Shown: positions 41,319 to 55,248, numbered from the whole stretch's first letter. The stretch: 63,784 nucleotides of DNA, filler included, from Cercozoa sp. M6MM (GCA_040357565.1; 8 parts of 8 records of this genome joined end to end with filler, not necessarily neighbours in it); one strand, 5' to 3'. Program-made: numbers and translations. The notes: generated by a model from the letters alone, not told the origin.

Positions 41319-43602
41319 GTAATTTGTCATTTCCAGCACTGCTATGTGATTGTCTATTGAATTTACCTCACACTGTGCGGGCAAATTTAACAGAATTTAC
41401 GTATCGTACGAGTCGACGGACTGCGGCCATTATTTTCATTTACGACAAATTAGTACTGGCATGCAACATTTACAGTACTGTAACTATACTAGTAGTTGTT
41501 GCAGTTTCATTTCAAATTTCTTTCGCCGTGAGACAGTTATCTATTATGTCAGTTAATACCGTCATCATCGGACTGCGACTTCAGCGGAACTTGACAGAGT
41601 GAAAAAAACAACCTCATCTTCAGACTCGGAGTCTCGCTGCAGCTGCAGTACTCGTTTCCTCTGTAACAAAAGCTAAAACTGGACTTCCGCCTCTTTCTGG
41701 AGAAAGAAACCCAGCCAACAAAACAAAATCAAAAACAGCACCACCAAAGGTGCGAAGACATAGGAAAAAGACAGTACTGGCTGCGTATCGCGATCAACTT
41801 GGGCCAGTGACTTTCGTTCCGGAGTTTAGCCCGTCGGGCCGTTTTTCATCTGCGAGCAGTGCTTCGAATTCAGCAGGTCGTGTTTCATCAGGGAGTGCTT
41901 CCACAGGTCGTGCTTCATCAGGTAGTAATTCTGATTGTATCGCGGACTGGGACTCGGGAAGTCGCGCCAGCCAGAAGCCACGAAATCGTTGTTCGTCGCC
42001 ATCGATAGTTCTGCATACACATGTGAAAATCCACAAGAAATTAAAGAGATCAAGAGACAGTGCTTGGAGGCTGCATTCACCTAAGGCAGAGACACTTCTG
42101 CATCTTGTGCAAACGACCACCGATCAAGAACTGCATCATCCTGCGGCTCTGCAACGCAGTGTTCAAATTTCGAATGATACCTGCAAGTATACATCGTAGC
42201 CGAACATTGCACGGCTGCAGCGAGAGCAACCAATTGCAATACTTGACTCAAGCAGAAACCCACAGTTCTCATTGGCCTTGAAACTCTTCTTCTTTCGCAA
42301 CATTTCAAGGCGTCTGCGGTCTTCTTCGTCAAGACGAGCATCGGCGTCTGTTTTCAGTTCCAACTAAAACAGTACCACACCACAGTAGTATTTTTGGAGA
42401 CCCCACTTTTTAATCGATACACTTCATAATCAGTCGAAACTGGAATGTACCATGCCATAAAGAAGCTCAGCGTACGTGCTCGATGCAGTGACTGCTTTTG
42501 TTTTCTCTGAGAGTGACGCATGCTTCTTGTGCAGCTCAATCGCTGCTCTGACGCGCCAACACCGTGGCTGCTGCTAGCTGCCGGTGCTTGTGCTTTTTCG
42601 AAAGCTTGACTTTCTGCCGCCTGGCAAGGTCGGTGCCTGGATTCAGACGAAACAGCATAAAGAAATCGATGAAACCGAAATAATAGGTAGGTAAGCTGGA
42701 CACCACTGAAAAAAGAAAACAACCTCGGTGGCCACCGCATTTGGATGCACGAATTGTTTCTTTCTTTTCGTTTCCTTTTTCTTCCTTTCTTCTTCTTCGA
42801 TTTCGAAGCCGAAGCGGTGTCGGCCGCGACGTTTTGATAGGCGTCGTTTCAGCAGCGAACTGGTCAGTTCGGTGCTGAAGTTTTCCTTTGACGCCTCCGT
42901 GTCGACCTCTTCTTGCGCCTGCTCTTGCGACTCGGTATCAATGTAAATTTATATTTAAAGTATATTATGTAGAAAATTTAGTATAAGTAGATATATTGTA
43001 TATGCTGCAAGAGATGAAGCTTAAGGACAGCTGCAGGGGGACAAAACACACCGCCGAATGCACGCGATCAATTTCTTCGCTGAAGGAGACGCCGTTCTTG
43101 CAGAGGCCGGACGACTGCTCGTTCACTACACCGACCGAAACCGGCTCGAACGGCAAGGACTAAATTTATTTTAAATTAAAGATCGCAGTAACACATTTTC
43201 GTGCCAGGTAAAAACAATATTAAACCTTGCGTTGCTTTCGCGGAGGCATTCGAAACCAAAGGTGAAATGACAAGGTTCCTGGACGAACCTCCCGGGCCTT
43301 CTTTGTTGTCTGTTTCAATTGCTGCGTGTCCAGACGATTAAAACGACTGGTATAAAAGAACAGCAGGTTCCGCGCTCCCGAGCGGGATCAATCAAACCAG
43401 ACCAAAAAACGCGTCCTTAACGGAAGACTAGTGTGGTGCTGCCGAGCCAGCTGTCGGCGTTCACGTGTGTGTTTGTTGCAGCACGGTACTGTGTTGGCTA
43501 AATCGGCTTGCGGAAGTCGCAATGGCTGTTTTTTGCGCGAAGCGCTGATTTTTCATTCGTTCTTGTGTAATGTTGGTTTGACAGGCAGAACGAAGCAAAA
43601 GG

Positions 43603-44021
43603 ATGGACCAGCAGTACGCGCAGGGTGGCGCCGACGAGGCCGCGATGCTGCAAGTGAAGTTTCAGCAGGCACAGGCGCGTCTGTTCTCTGAGGCGGAAGC
43701 GCAGCTGCGTGGCATCATGGTGGTATGTTTCAGCTTTCATTGCCTTCTGTGCTTGACCCGTTTTCCTCTTTCACCCTGTGTCGTTTACTCGCGAGCTTGC
43801 CTCTTTTTTGCAGGAGAAGTGTGTGAAGGCGTGCCTTCAAGCGGACAAGGAACTCGACTCGACTGAGATCAGATGTCTGGATGCGTGTGTCGCCAAGTTC
43901 AACAAGGCACAGGAGGTCACCGGCAGGTACAGGACACCACACTGCTTAATGTCTGTATCACCTCTAGTATGCTTTGCCTTCCGTTCGCAGGAGCACGGAG
44001 CGCGAGTTCTCCAAGCGCTAG
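43603..44021 (+). CDS. Small Tim chaperone (Tim9/10/13 family, twin CX3C), 3 exons
   Basis: EKCVKACLQADKELDSTEIRCLDACVAKF twin CX3C motif in a short spliced protein. Confidence 0.85.
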
Positions 44022-44374
44022 ACTAGCGCCGAGGTTTCAGTTTTTTTAAAGTTTTGCATCGTTGCGTCACTCCGTCCTTCCGGTCACGAGCAACGTTATT
44101 CAGTCACGTCGTGTTTGGTCGTTATGCGATGACTCAGATCGACTCTAACTGCAGTTCGAGTTTTCGCCCAACCCAACGACTCAAGTCGACCGGGGATTTC
44201 CGTTTGCTTGTCGGAGCGAATCAAAATTAAATACAGATTCTGCAAAAATAAATAGTCATTCGAAACTTCCAGATGGAATAAAACAATTTACGATCATAAT
44301 GTGAATATGCTGCGTGTTACTGTTACAGCAGTTGTCCTTGACGTGAAGGCTCTAGCGACACCGAAAAGGTACCC

Positions 44375-45226
44375 CTAGCGGTCCAGCAGCATGGAGGCGT
44401 CGCTGCGCTGTACGAGCGGAGCAGTGAAGCCGTCATCAACGACGATGCTCGTCACATCGGCCGTGTGCTCCTCGGCGTTCGGATCTGAGGGTAACGGGGG
44501 GGGGGGTAAGGGAGTAACAGCAAGGTAAATTCTTTGCGTACCAAAGGAAAGTCCCTTAAACGCCGATGTCACCACAGCTTGCGAGCCTCCTCTTCTTCCT
44601 GCAAGTGGGGTAACGGGGTGGGGTGTGATGGAGTAGAGCCTCAGACTACCACGGCCGACGTCGAGCACACGCTCCTTGAGACCGCGACCAAAGACGCGCC
44701 GCGACAGCACGAGCGACCAGCGCAGCACGCACAGGCGCAGCAGCACGGCCACGGCGGCCAGCACGATCGAGTTGATCACCACCGAACTCGGCAGCGTCTC
44801 GTCGGTCTCATAAGACTCGAACTTTACCGTTACAAACTACCAAAAACACCGGGGTAAGGGGCAAGAGAAGTGCGGTAAGACAGCGACCTACGACAATGTA
44901 GACGGCCGTGATGATACTGGAGACCTCAAAGAGCAGCGCCAGACGGTGGTGCTCACCGTGGTGCGACTTGAGTCCCAGCAGAAGCCACAGCGCCTCCAGC
45001 ACCAGCACCACAGCCGAGGCTACGGCAATGTGCGAGCTGGCGCCTGCACCGACAGCCAGGAATGGTAGCTTTGGTACCATCCCCTCCAACTAAAACACAT
45101 ACCAAGCATGACAGCAACGAGGCCGGTCCAGATCATCATGACTGACATCACGACGGAGAACTTGAGCAGCGACAGGAACTGATTGTAAGTGCGCAGCATG
45201 GCACGCAAATCCTGTTCACACACACA

Positions 45227-45281
<55 letters not shown>

Positions 45282-45735
45282 GTGGCCAAGCGCCAAGTGA
45301 CCACGTGCCAAAGTGACCATTCAGAGTGACCACATGACAATAAGCAAAACTGGAGTACCGAGTCACCGCCCCAGTTGCGAAAACGCGACCACAGCATGCG
45401 TCGGCGCAGCGGCAGCGAGATTAGCACGAAACCCGCCTGCACCAGCGCAAAGACCTGCGCGGGGAAGGGGTATACAGTGGGGGGGGGGTAAAGGGTCAAG
45501 AGGGGGCAGGTATTGTACAACAAAGGAAATGATCGAGATCGTCACAGCCGAAGCGTCCTCATCGTGGTCCAACTGCCACAAACACACTCAATCGTACAAG
45601 TAAAGAGAAACAGGACATCAGTATCGACCACAAGGCGGCTATTAAGGCAGCGGGTATCCTACCAGTTCGAGCTTCCAAATCAGCACGAAACCCGTTCGCA
45701 GCAGCGTGAGCGCCGACAGCGCCAGGAACACGTAG
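44375..45735 (-). CDS. Multi-pass membrane protein, 5'-truncated
   Basis: At least 6 hydrophobic segments across GT-AG-separated exons. Ends ...SDASMLLDR*. Confidence 0.6.
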
Positions 45736-46401
45736 CTGTCGGGGGGGGGGGGGGNNNNNNNNNNNNNNNNNNNNNNNNNNNNNNNNNNNNNNNNNNNNTT
45801 AATTAATTAANNNNNNNNNNNNNNNNNNNNNNNNNNNNNNNNNNNNNNNNNNNNCACACACAGAATGACTTATTTGATCAACTGTGTTTTCGTCTGTGCA
45901 GGCCATGGTGTGCTCGCTGAAGAACCGCGACGCCTGTGAGATGTGTTCTGGTTGAGCTTGTCTGAGTCGCTAGTCGATTCGATTCCCACCACCACACACA
46001 TTATCATTCTCTCTCGGTCTGTCGTGCTCTCGGTCTGTCTTGCTGCCCACCTGATCGCAGACGCTGGCTTCACCCTTTCCGACAGCAGGTAGCTCGGTCT
46101 AACGAGTTCCGGGAGCTGGAATTTGTCAGCTTTTCGGGTGCCGGTTGAGTCGTCGACACGCCTTCGGCGTTCGTTTTTTTCATTAGTTTTACGTTCGTTT
46201 TGGGATCCATGTCGTGTCAAGTCAGTTTATCGTTGATATTCGCGTCGTATCCAGTAAATCGAATGAAAATGCTATCGCATTGATCGTGTTCGATCAAAGA
46301 AACGGACCACGAGAGCTCAAAAGTCGTTCTGCTCGCTCAAGACGCCGCAGGTCTAGCGACCGCGCTAATTTAGTCAAGTATACAATCAGGGCACTAAACG
46401 T

Positions 46402-47429
46402 ATGACCGGGGAGCGGGGTAGGTTTTTCGCAGTCACTTTCTGTCTGGTTTTCGATGCATGTGCTCCTGTTCAGAGTTGAAGCGCATCTGCGTGTTCTGCG
46501 GTGCCAAGGATGGCAGCCAGCCGATTTACAAAGAGATGGCCACCGCTCTCGGGTATGCAGATGCGAACACGGAGTCGTATTGTATGTAAGGAGTGTGTCC
46601 TGCGCAGCGCGGAGATGGCGCGCCGTGGCATCGACCTGGTCTACGTAAAACTCGCTATGTGTGTGAACGAGCGAAGCAACGAAAAATGCTCTGTTGTATG
46701 GGGTAGGGCGGTGGCAACGTTGGTCTGATGGGTGCCGTTGCTACGGCAGTGCACGAGAACGGCGGCCACGTTATTGGCGTTATTCCCACGGCGCTGCGTG
46801 CTCGGTGCCTTCACTTACTGTTTGTACATTGCCAAAAATTAGTGCGCATGTGTGTCTCTGCTTTAGTGAGCTCTCTGGCGAGACAGTGAATGTTGACGAA
46901 GAAATCGTGGTCGATACCATGGTAACATGTCTCATCGTAGCAGCTTGCAAGCCTAACGTGCAGCGTTTTCGCAGCACGAGCGCAAGCAGCGTATGGTAGA
47001 ATTGGCTGACGCATTCATCTCTCTTCCGGGTGGCATCGGTAAATACACTTTTTTTAGTCCTTTCATTTGTATTGTGAGTGCTTTAACTTGCGCTCTTCCT
47101 TGGTAGGCACGCTCGAGGAGCTCGCTGAGGCCTTGTGCTGGGTGCAGCTCGGTGTTCACGACAAGCCTGTGTCTGTTCTTAACGTCAACGGCTACTGGGC
47201 TCCGTATGCATTGCTTTCATGCACTTATGTCGACTGCAACCGTGCGATTTGTTAAATCTTTAGTCTGGTGGAGATGCTGAACCGTGGTCACGAACAAGGC
47301 TTCATTCGCTCGCGACATGCGTCTCTTCTCATCGACAAGTCCGATGTCTGTGAGCTTCTGGATGCATTGAAGATCTGGAAGGCGCCCGCTTCCGTTGTCA
47401 CGTGGCACCCAAAGCCCGAAGATATCTAA
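46402..47429 (+). CDS. LOG: LOG (Lonely Guy) family nucleoside-monophosphate phosphoribohydrolase, 8 exons
   Basis: [52 protein letters not shown] and QLGVHDKPV...NVNGYW. Seven in-phase introns. Confidence 0.95.
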
Positions 47430-47791
47430 CGTAGTTCGATTCGACTCTCTGGAATCAATCTGCGCTGCGTGCGAGCGCTTGTGTTGCGAGCGCTGGCCGT
47501 CCGGTCGGTCGTCGCGTTGGGTATCGGTAGCTTTCACGTCGCGTCGGCGTAAAGTTCACGTCACGATCATTTGATTTAAGTATACTCACTATCTATTAAC
47601 GAAACTACCCCACTCCGCACCCGGCGCGGCGGTACTTCAACCCTTGAGTTGTCCGAGGAAAGAACTAGTACTCCGGAATTGAAAGACGACGCGAAACCAA
47701 TCTTACGTGGCTGAGAGAACTCAAGATCCAACGCACGCGCCTCCCGGGCGCACCGTCGGGCGATTGCTACAAAGTGGCGGTCTGCAATTTG

Positions 47792-47945
<154 letters not shown>

Positions 47946-48052
47946 GTGTGTGNNNNNNNNNNNNNNNNNNNNNNNNNNNNNNNNNNNNNNNNNNNNTTAA
48001 TTAATTAANNNNNNNNNNNNNNNNNNNNNNNNNNNNNNNNNNNNNNNNNNNN

Positions 48053-48445
48053 CACGTCCATGGGAATCTCCTGCGGCGGAGAAGCATTGTCATTCTCTAA
48101 ACGAGAAAACCGCTGGTTCACTTCGTCATGAAATTGAGAGCACTTCGCTTGAAACTGCGACTGGGAGTGAGCGAGCTCAACAAGTTGTGCGTTTTGTTCT
48201 TGAAGGGACTTATCTCGCGACTTTATGTGTTCCAGAACTTCGTCTAGGCGCTCATCACGTGCGTCCAGCCGAGTTCGTATGGCAACGAGAACGGCGTTGA
48301 TTTCTTGGAAGTACTTGTCATGCGCGTCCAAACGCGACGACAAGGTGTCTTTTGAAGGATTGGAGGTTTCGAAGGTTTCCTCATCAAAGTCCGCATGCTC
48401 GTCCTTCATTGCTCGAGAGCTGACTGAAGAGTTTGGTCGTGACAT
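48053..48445 (-). CDS. Gag-like coiled-coil ORF, N-terminal fragment
   Basis: Intronless ORF (MSRPNSS...RLDARDERLDEVLEHIK...IPMDV) starting just after the PBS. Confidence 0.6.
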
Positions 48446-48516
48446 AGCAGAAGATGCTCTTTTTCTTCTAGCTGACCACGAGATACTTCGGTTGCGAGAG
48501 CTGGCTGGTCGATCCT

Positions 48517-48533
48517 CCTCGGATCTCGTACCA
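48517..48533 (-). promoter_or_regulatory. Putative primer-binding site
   Basis: TGG-starting sequence 3 nt downstream of the LTR's terminal CA. Confidence 0.65.
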
Positions 48534-49366
48534 ATTTGTTACCGCAGCCTTTCAGAAATTGAGGCTTTGGTAGTGCAAAAGAGTACTATGCCAGGAAAAA
48601 GACTAAAGAAACAAATGGAATCGATGTGAAGAAGAATTGAGTCAGTAGACGTAGTCAGTTCAGATGTAGTTACCCCAAGATAGGGTCGGCAAAGTACAGG
48701 AAGTAGACTGGTCGGGAAGGATGAGAGGCCCGGTAGTCAGAAGAAGGAAGGAAGGAGAAGGAGGGACGTAAAGGAGAAAAAGAAAGGCTCTCTGTGCTGG
48801 GAAGACAGCAACAAGGGATTCCGTGAGAGTGCAAGGGCTGGAGCCTGGAGAGGTGCTTTACCTGGTGAGTAGAGAGCCTTTTCAGGAAAGGAGCAAAATC
48901 TTGCTCTTTCGAGGTCAGTCTACCAAACACAGGGTAAGGAGGTTAGCAACACTCTCGGAGAGGTCAGGGTACCAGACAAACACAATACACCACACTTCTC
49001 AAAGTGCTCAATGAATAGCTTTCTTCCACGCGGAGCACCAGAGATCTGACTGGCCATACCGTTTCGTAACATTGTTGAGTTCAGCTGCAAAAGCTTGCCA
49101 AGGCTCCCCTGAACACGTCAAAATCTTCCACACTTCTCTTGAGGTTTTTTTTGTAAGTTGCAGGGTTGCTTCCGCGCGAATACTGTAGCTCATGCTGTAA
49201 CAAGAGTCGTTGCAGAGTGGTAGAAAGCTCCGTACTGTACTAGCCTGAGTAGATCTAATGTAGAATGAGATACTGTATCCTAGGACAGCGACAGGGAAAC
49301 TACATAAGTAGTAGACTGAGCTAACTCTCCATCCGGCGTGCTCCAGCGGCGGCCGCCCGAGACTGT

Positions 49367-51664
49367 TTAAAACTGGTCATGAATGACGTTGCTCAGAGTC
49401 AACAAGCCGTCATCCCACGCCAGCTCGATCGGGACATCTACAGAGCCGACGCCGAACTTGCACATGTCGACAATCTTAGCTGTTCAGGCGGAAATCCAGC
49501 AACTCATCCAATCCAAACAGTTTTAAAAAAGTTCGGCCTGGGAGGAGCGTACTCTCGAGTGCGTCAAGTTTTGGCACAATTTTGACTTGCACTGGCCCAC
49601 GACGACACACGTCCGACGGCAGGAACAAGTGGAACCGGCCATCCTGTAGACAGACACAGAGTCAGATTTGCCACAGACAGCAAGAGTGCTTTTTACGGAG
49701 CGCGTGACGCGACGCAGCTTAATGAAATCGAGCACCTGCAGCGCCGCCTCAACCTACCACCGGCAGCACATGATAAAGCAGAGTATGCTTGTCAACGAGA
49801 TATGATGAAGGTACAGGACTCCCGTTTGCGTCAGTGACACGGCCAGCGAAGGTCGGTTTCTTCTTTAAGAACGCTTCCCTATTCACACGAAGCTCAGAGA
49901 GTACTGTATCTGTGTGCTTGCACGTTGGTACCAAAGCGGGGTCAGACGTTTCATCTCATCGAGAGCATCAGCTGTCCAGGAAAGCAGTTCAGCTGTAATT
50001 AGCAAGTGACAGAGTAGAGACTAAGCTCTTGGATACCGTAAGGCGGTTGGAACTGAGTCTGCGTTTCCACCAGGAAGGCGTAGTTCGTGGAAATATCCAA
50101 ATGCATTTGCACATGCTCGCCGTCTGCTGACGGAAGACGCACTCGGTAGTCGGCCTTGTCCGCTTCACACGGGCACAGTTTAAAAACGACACTGAGGATT
50201 CTATACACTGTAATACCCAGTTCAATGGCGTCCTGCTTGTTCATCTCGTTGATGCGCTCGTCGAACAACGCGCAGTTGCTGCCATAGAGCACCTAACACA
50301 CAATCGCTTGCTTAAGTTTAGTTGCAGTACTGCACACAGAGTAGAAAAAGTCACCTCGCGGCCGTAGGAGTGGAAATCGAGCACCTAGCATCAACACCAC
50401 GGTTCGTCTAAACACAGTGAATCTATTTTGACAAAATACCTTCGCGAAGCGATGCTTGAGCGTCAGGCGTCTCAAGGTTTCTGCCTATTGAACACACATG
50501 AAACTGTTTGACTAGTGTCTCTCAATAGGTGCCATACCTCGGAATCGGAGAAGGGAGAATCGCCACGGAAGGTTTGTGACTTGGGCTATCGAATGTTGAC
50601 TGCTCGGTCACAAAGACAGTTGCACATGTACCGTTGGACCGGCTTACGTTGCTGCTTCCGCCACAGGTCGAGAAACCGCGGTGGTAGTTGCGGTTGGGAT
50701 CCACTCCATCTACAGACGGAAGTAAAGCTGAATCTTGGTCAGAGACAAAAGGTACCACCACCGGCCGAGTAGTTTTTGTTCTTGCGGTGCATGTTGTCCT
50801 TTGTCCACACCTGCACCACGGAAAGACAAGAAGACTATAGGTAGTGGAGTAAAGTAAGCTCACATTACCTGAACGTAGCCATCGGGATTGACAACTGGCA
50901 CAAAAAACAGTCGCTGACGCTGTAGCGTTTCGCGCAGTTCCGTTCGACGCAGCAGTTGCTCCAGCATATCCATCACGATCTACGACTCATGTTGGACACA
51001 TGGACAGTCCAGACTCACATGGTACAAATACCTGTGGAGTCACAATCTCACGTGCATGGTGTGCACCCACAACCAACACGTTGTCTTTGACTACAGCGTC
51101 ACCTGGATTGTTCGAAGGCACCTCCAGTTTGACCACCAACTGATTTAATCAAAACATTAACAACTGAGAACAACTGTCACGCAAAGAGGATACCAAAGTA
51201 CGACCCTCCACAGTCACCGGGAGATCCTCTCGCACAATCTCCAACCAGCCAGGGTAGCGTCCTTGCAACGCACGCACGCGCTCTTCCAGCTGCACCAGAT
51301 CCAGGTAGCCTTCGAAGCGCGAGTCGTCCACAACTTCGCCAAAAGCTCGCGAGCGCTCGACGATCTCAATGTTTCGTAGCTCTGGCCTGATTAAACGGTT
51401 TTGGACTTTGGGTTTAAAAAGGTTAAGACCCCAAATACAGCAGCGTCTGCTTTTGTCGCAACAATGCAAGGTCGACTACAGCGCCGTCGTTGTTGGGCAG
51501 CAGTTCTGCCGTGTCGCCGAGTTTCGCTAATTGCTCGGCTTCCGCTTGGATACGCACGCGCTCTGGTCAACAAAAATACAGTGCCCTAATAATACAAGAC
51601 CAGAGCATATCTCGCTACGTGCACAAGCGCCCGAGGCAGCAAGCAGTGTTGTTAGCAGCTTCAT
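49367..51664 (-). CDS. Secreted M14 zinc carboxypeptidase with a C-terminal accessory domain, multi-exon
   Basis: Signal-peptide-like MKLLTTLLAASGACA, then GAHHAREIVT, PVVNPDGY, HRKN, GVDPNRNY, LDFHSYG, AFLVE and FAGRVTDANGSPV. Confidence 0.88.
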
Positions 51665-51749
51665 AGTGGTGCACACTCAAAATAACAAAAACTGTGTATG
51701 CTGTGGTGTTTCACAAAAGCGCAGTTTTTGTGGTCATTTGTTGCGATCA

Positions 51750-52857
51750 TTATTTTATTTGAAGCAGCTTCAACATCGCGATAAACGACACTGTCGTGCC
51801 AATGCCTCCGATCACAGCGATCCATAGCAGTGGGTTGCGTGCGTGCGCCAGGTGTTGAACGATGCGCGCCCGGCAGTCAAAACCGAACTGATTCAAAGTA
51901 AGATCAAAAAAGCGATCAAAGGGAAAGGTCAGTAATACAGGATTGATCTCGCCGCACTCCTCGCCGATCCTTCTCTAGGAATACGCCGTGTTTCATAAGT
52001 AATGAGTCGGGGTAAATTTACAGGAAAATTGTACTAGCCCAAGTGAAGCATCGGAAGCCCAGCCGCAGCATTTCATTCTCCTCTGAAGAAAAGGGAGAGT
52101 AGAGTAGAGTACCAATCAATATTGAGACAGGACAGGAATGTGAACAAAAAAGGCACCTGGAAGTGCTCAACGTGCTGTCTGCGCCAAGGGAAGGCACCCG
52201 GCGCGGTGTCATCTGCCCAAGACAGCAGCAGGGCGGCGTCAGCCTCCTGTTCCAGTTTGGTCGTGCCTCCAATCAAAACAGCGAGCGACAGACAGAACGT
52301 CGTCGCAAACAACAGTGTCGACAGCGTGTAAAGCAGGGTTGCCTACAGCACGGTTACCCTTCAGTAGTTTAATTCCAATTTACTGTGAATTTACTGAAAG
52401 TACAGTGTTATGTCGCAGTGATCGCGTCACTAGAATGAACAAAAGCACGAGTGTGGTCGAAGCGCCCAGACAGCACAGTGTCACGCAGTATATCCGCACA
52501 CTCAGCGGTCGTATCAAACTGGAAAGATCAGACACCTGTTACTGATAGCGAGATGGCTACACAGAGTACAGTACCTGCCATACTCGTCATCAAGCTGCGC
52601 ACAGACCTTGTCGTCGAGGATCCACGCGTACACAGCTGCTGCCAGTATTGCCTGCCCAATACATCCAAGTTAAACACCCCTCTTGTGGGTGACTATATAC
52701 CGAACTGCACACAATCGCAGCTACTGCGAGTGCCAAAAGGAAGCGCTTCGTTCGGCGTGATTTTTCATCGTCCGCGAGTGAAACTTCGCGTTGCACCGGC
52801 AAATCACGACGCACGGCGCGTCCTTGCGGAGCAGCTGGCCTGTGCAGCACACCGCAG
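51750..52857 (-). CDS. Membrane protein with tetraspanin-like topology; start uncertain
   Basis: N-terminal hydrophobic segments, a Cys-containing loop, and a final segment PLLWIAVIGGIGTTVSFIAMLKLLQIK*. Confidence 0.4.
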
Positions 52858-53116
52858 TTCCAAAATCAGAAATTATAGTCATGACTACAGTTGATCAAGA
52901 AAATTGACAGCATACGCCCTCAGCGGCTCTTGTTGCATGAAAGGCGCACCGTTTGATGCCTAGAGACCGTTCCATTCGCACGTCAGACGGCCTGAGTGTC
53001 AGGTGTGTTCGGACTTCTTCTTTTGATTTTCTGTCCAAACTGAACATGGTTGGACAAAATAATGAATAATCACAAGCCCAGCTTAATCCGAAAGAGGATT
53101 GAGGTAACGCAGTGGT

Positions 53117-53681
53117 GTGAGAGTCACGTGGGATGCCATTAGTAACGCAGACAGGCCGCGTGGTGCCACTTTTGGCTCACCGGTTGAGTGGCACCATTCA
53201 GGAGAAGCCGCTCTTGGTGCGCTTTTTGAATTGGCAATGTCGGCGCCTCCCAGTCGAAACACGCGCTGCGGCAGGTTAGCCACAGTGTGTACGGAAGTGT
53301 CTGAGCAGGTGGAGGTGACGGGCGAGCGATTCTCGGAGCAGGAGAAGGAGGAGTATGAGGTGACTTTGTTCTTCCAAGAGGTGGCTACGATTTTGTGGTG
53401 TTGTTTTATTTTTGTATTTTGCCCAGAGCCGCGTGGACTACCTGTCGCAAAAGGCGTTCTCGTGCTCGGTCACGGGACGTCGCAACATGAGCTATGCTCA
53501 GGTACCCTGTGTTATTTAAGGGGGCGGATTTTATTATTTAAGGGTGCGGTAGGCCAAGAAGAGCGAGGTCAAGTCGCGAGAGGTACTGAAAGCGACTGTT
53601 AAAGGGGAGGGTACTGAACAAGCTTGTTTGGCGTAGGCACTGGCGGCACTGTCGGACGTGCACGAGAAGGTCATGGCGCAG
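53117..53681 (+). CDS. Unknown gene, 3'-truncated
   Basis: Open first exon followed by short GT-AG-bounded exons up to the contig end. Confidence 0.35.
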
Positions 53682-53876
53682 GTAGTTTTACCCCCCCCCC
53701 TTTACCCCCCTGTCTACCCCCCCTGTTTACCCCCCCTGTTTACCCCCCCCCCCGGGGGGGGGGGGGGGGGGGGGGGNNNNNNNNNNNNNNNNNNNNNNNN
53801 NNNNNNNNNNNNNNNNNNNNTTAATTAATTAANNNNNNNNNNNNNNNNNNNNNNNNNNNNNNNNNNNNNNNNNNNN

Positions 53877-53925
<49 letters not shown>

Positions 53926-53969
53926 CTCTCGGTTAATACGCCCAGATATTGAGGGACACAACAAGGCTA

Positions 53970-54750
53970 CCTCGTGGGATACAAGGCGGTGGTAACATCG
54001 CTCGAGTTGGTGCGCACCACGTTCTCCAGGAACGAGCCGTCGACCAGTGCGGAGCGGCCGATCAGCACGACGTCGACAGCCTGCGCAATGTCGCGATTCG
54101 CGAGTTCGCGCACGCGGTCCTCCGTCTCCAGCAGCAGCGCCTTCGTCGACAAGTCTAGTGCGCCGCCCACTGGCGTTTTCCAGGCGAGCCAGCCTCCCTT
54201 CACATTAAAATTGATATATATATATCGGGAGAGGGGGGGGGGGTCAACTGCACGAGACCTACCACGATGAAGAAGATGACGAAAATCACGAACATGAGGA
54301 GTCCCCACACGGCCGACGGAATGCCGCAGCACTTGGACTTTTTCACCAACGGTTTCTCATGACTCTGCGCCGTCAATTCACATACTGAGTGACCCTTCAG
54401 AGGCAGACACATGGTACGTACCATCAGAGGAGACGGCGTCACGGCCGGCGTCAGGTCTGTCGGCTCCGACTCGGTATGTGACAATTGTGATTGGAAGGTT
54501 TGCTGCGCAATGACGCTTTTACCCGACGCAAAAAACAAGAGTGGAACGTTGGTGTAACGTTGTACCTGACGCATCTGTAATAATGTCGTCGACGTTTTGA
54601 TTGGAGACGTCGCCGAGCTAGAGACACAGGGATGGATATACCTGTTGACAGAGGGCACAGCAAAACGACGGAAGCTACCTGTTCCGCGTGTGCCCACGCC
54701 GCGGGCTCGCCGAAGCGACGCCCGCAGGACTGCAGTTCAAAACCACAGCA
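53970..54750 (-). CDS. Unknown membrane protein, partial
   Basis: Exons including KKSKCCGIPSAVWGLLMFVIFVIFFIV|GGWLAWKTP... running toward the contig end. Confidence 0.4.
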
Positions 54751-55248
54751 ACATCAACAGAACAGAAGAAGCAACCTTGCACCGATCAAAACTTGATGAC
54801 AGTATTTGAGATCACAAATCGCTCAACGACTCAACGACTCATCCAAAATGCGATCAAACAGCCGTTCGGTCAGAGCATTAAGATCATTTGGCCACGTAAT
54901 CGGCACGTCATGGGGAATTCCACGACAGGAAGGTGGAACCCCCCACAAGCATGGCAATTTTGCACTCACCCATGTGCAATGGCGACCATAAAAAAGAAAA
55001 AACGCACCTGTCTGGCATGCGGAACCCTACAGACTACACGCGACGCACACCCACTGCCTGTTACAGGCCCTGCGTGACAAGGCAGGACAGTAGCCAGAAA
55101 CGTCTCGGTCCTTGACCAATCCAAGTTGCCAGGAACGGACCACCGAAAGTACAGTACGTACGCACCCTTAAAAATGTAGCCTACTGACGATGCGAGAACG
55201 CCCCTCGTACCACAGTTGTGATTGCTGTCGTGTCCGTGTTTAGCACAG

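Larger units (their letters stand above)
48053..49202 (-). mobile_element. 5' portion of an LTR retrotransposon (666-bp LTR at 48537-49202, PBS, gag-like ORF), truncated by the contig end
   Basis: On the minus strand the LTR runs TGTTACAGC...GCGGTAACA (8/9 inverted match). It is followed by AAT and TGGTACGAGATCCGAGG, then an intronless coiled-coil ORF from 48445. Confidence 0.78.

Noticed and set aside
49008-49193. 61-aa ORF as a host gene
   Set aside because: It lies entirely within the predicted LTR and has no recognisable motif.
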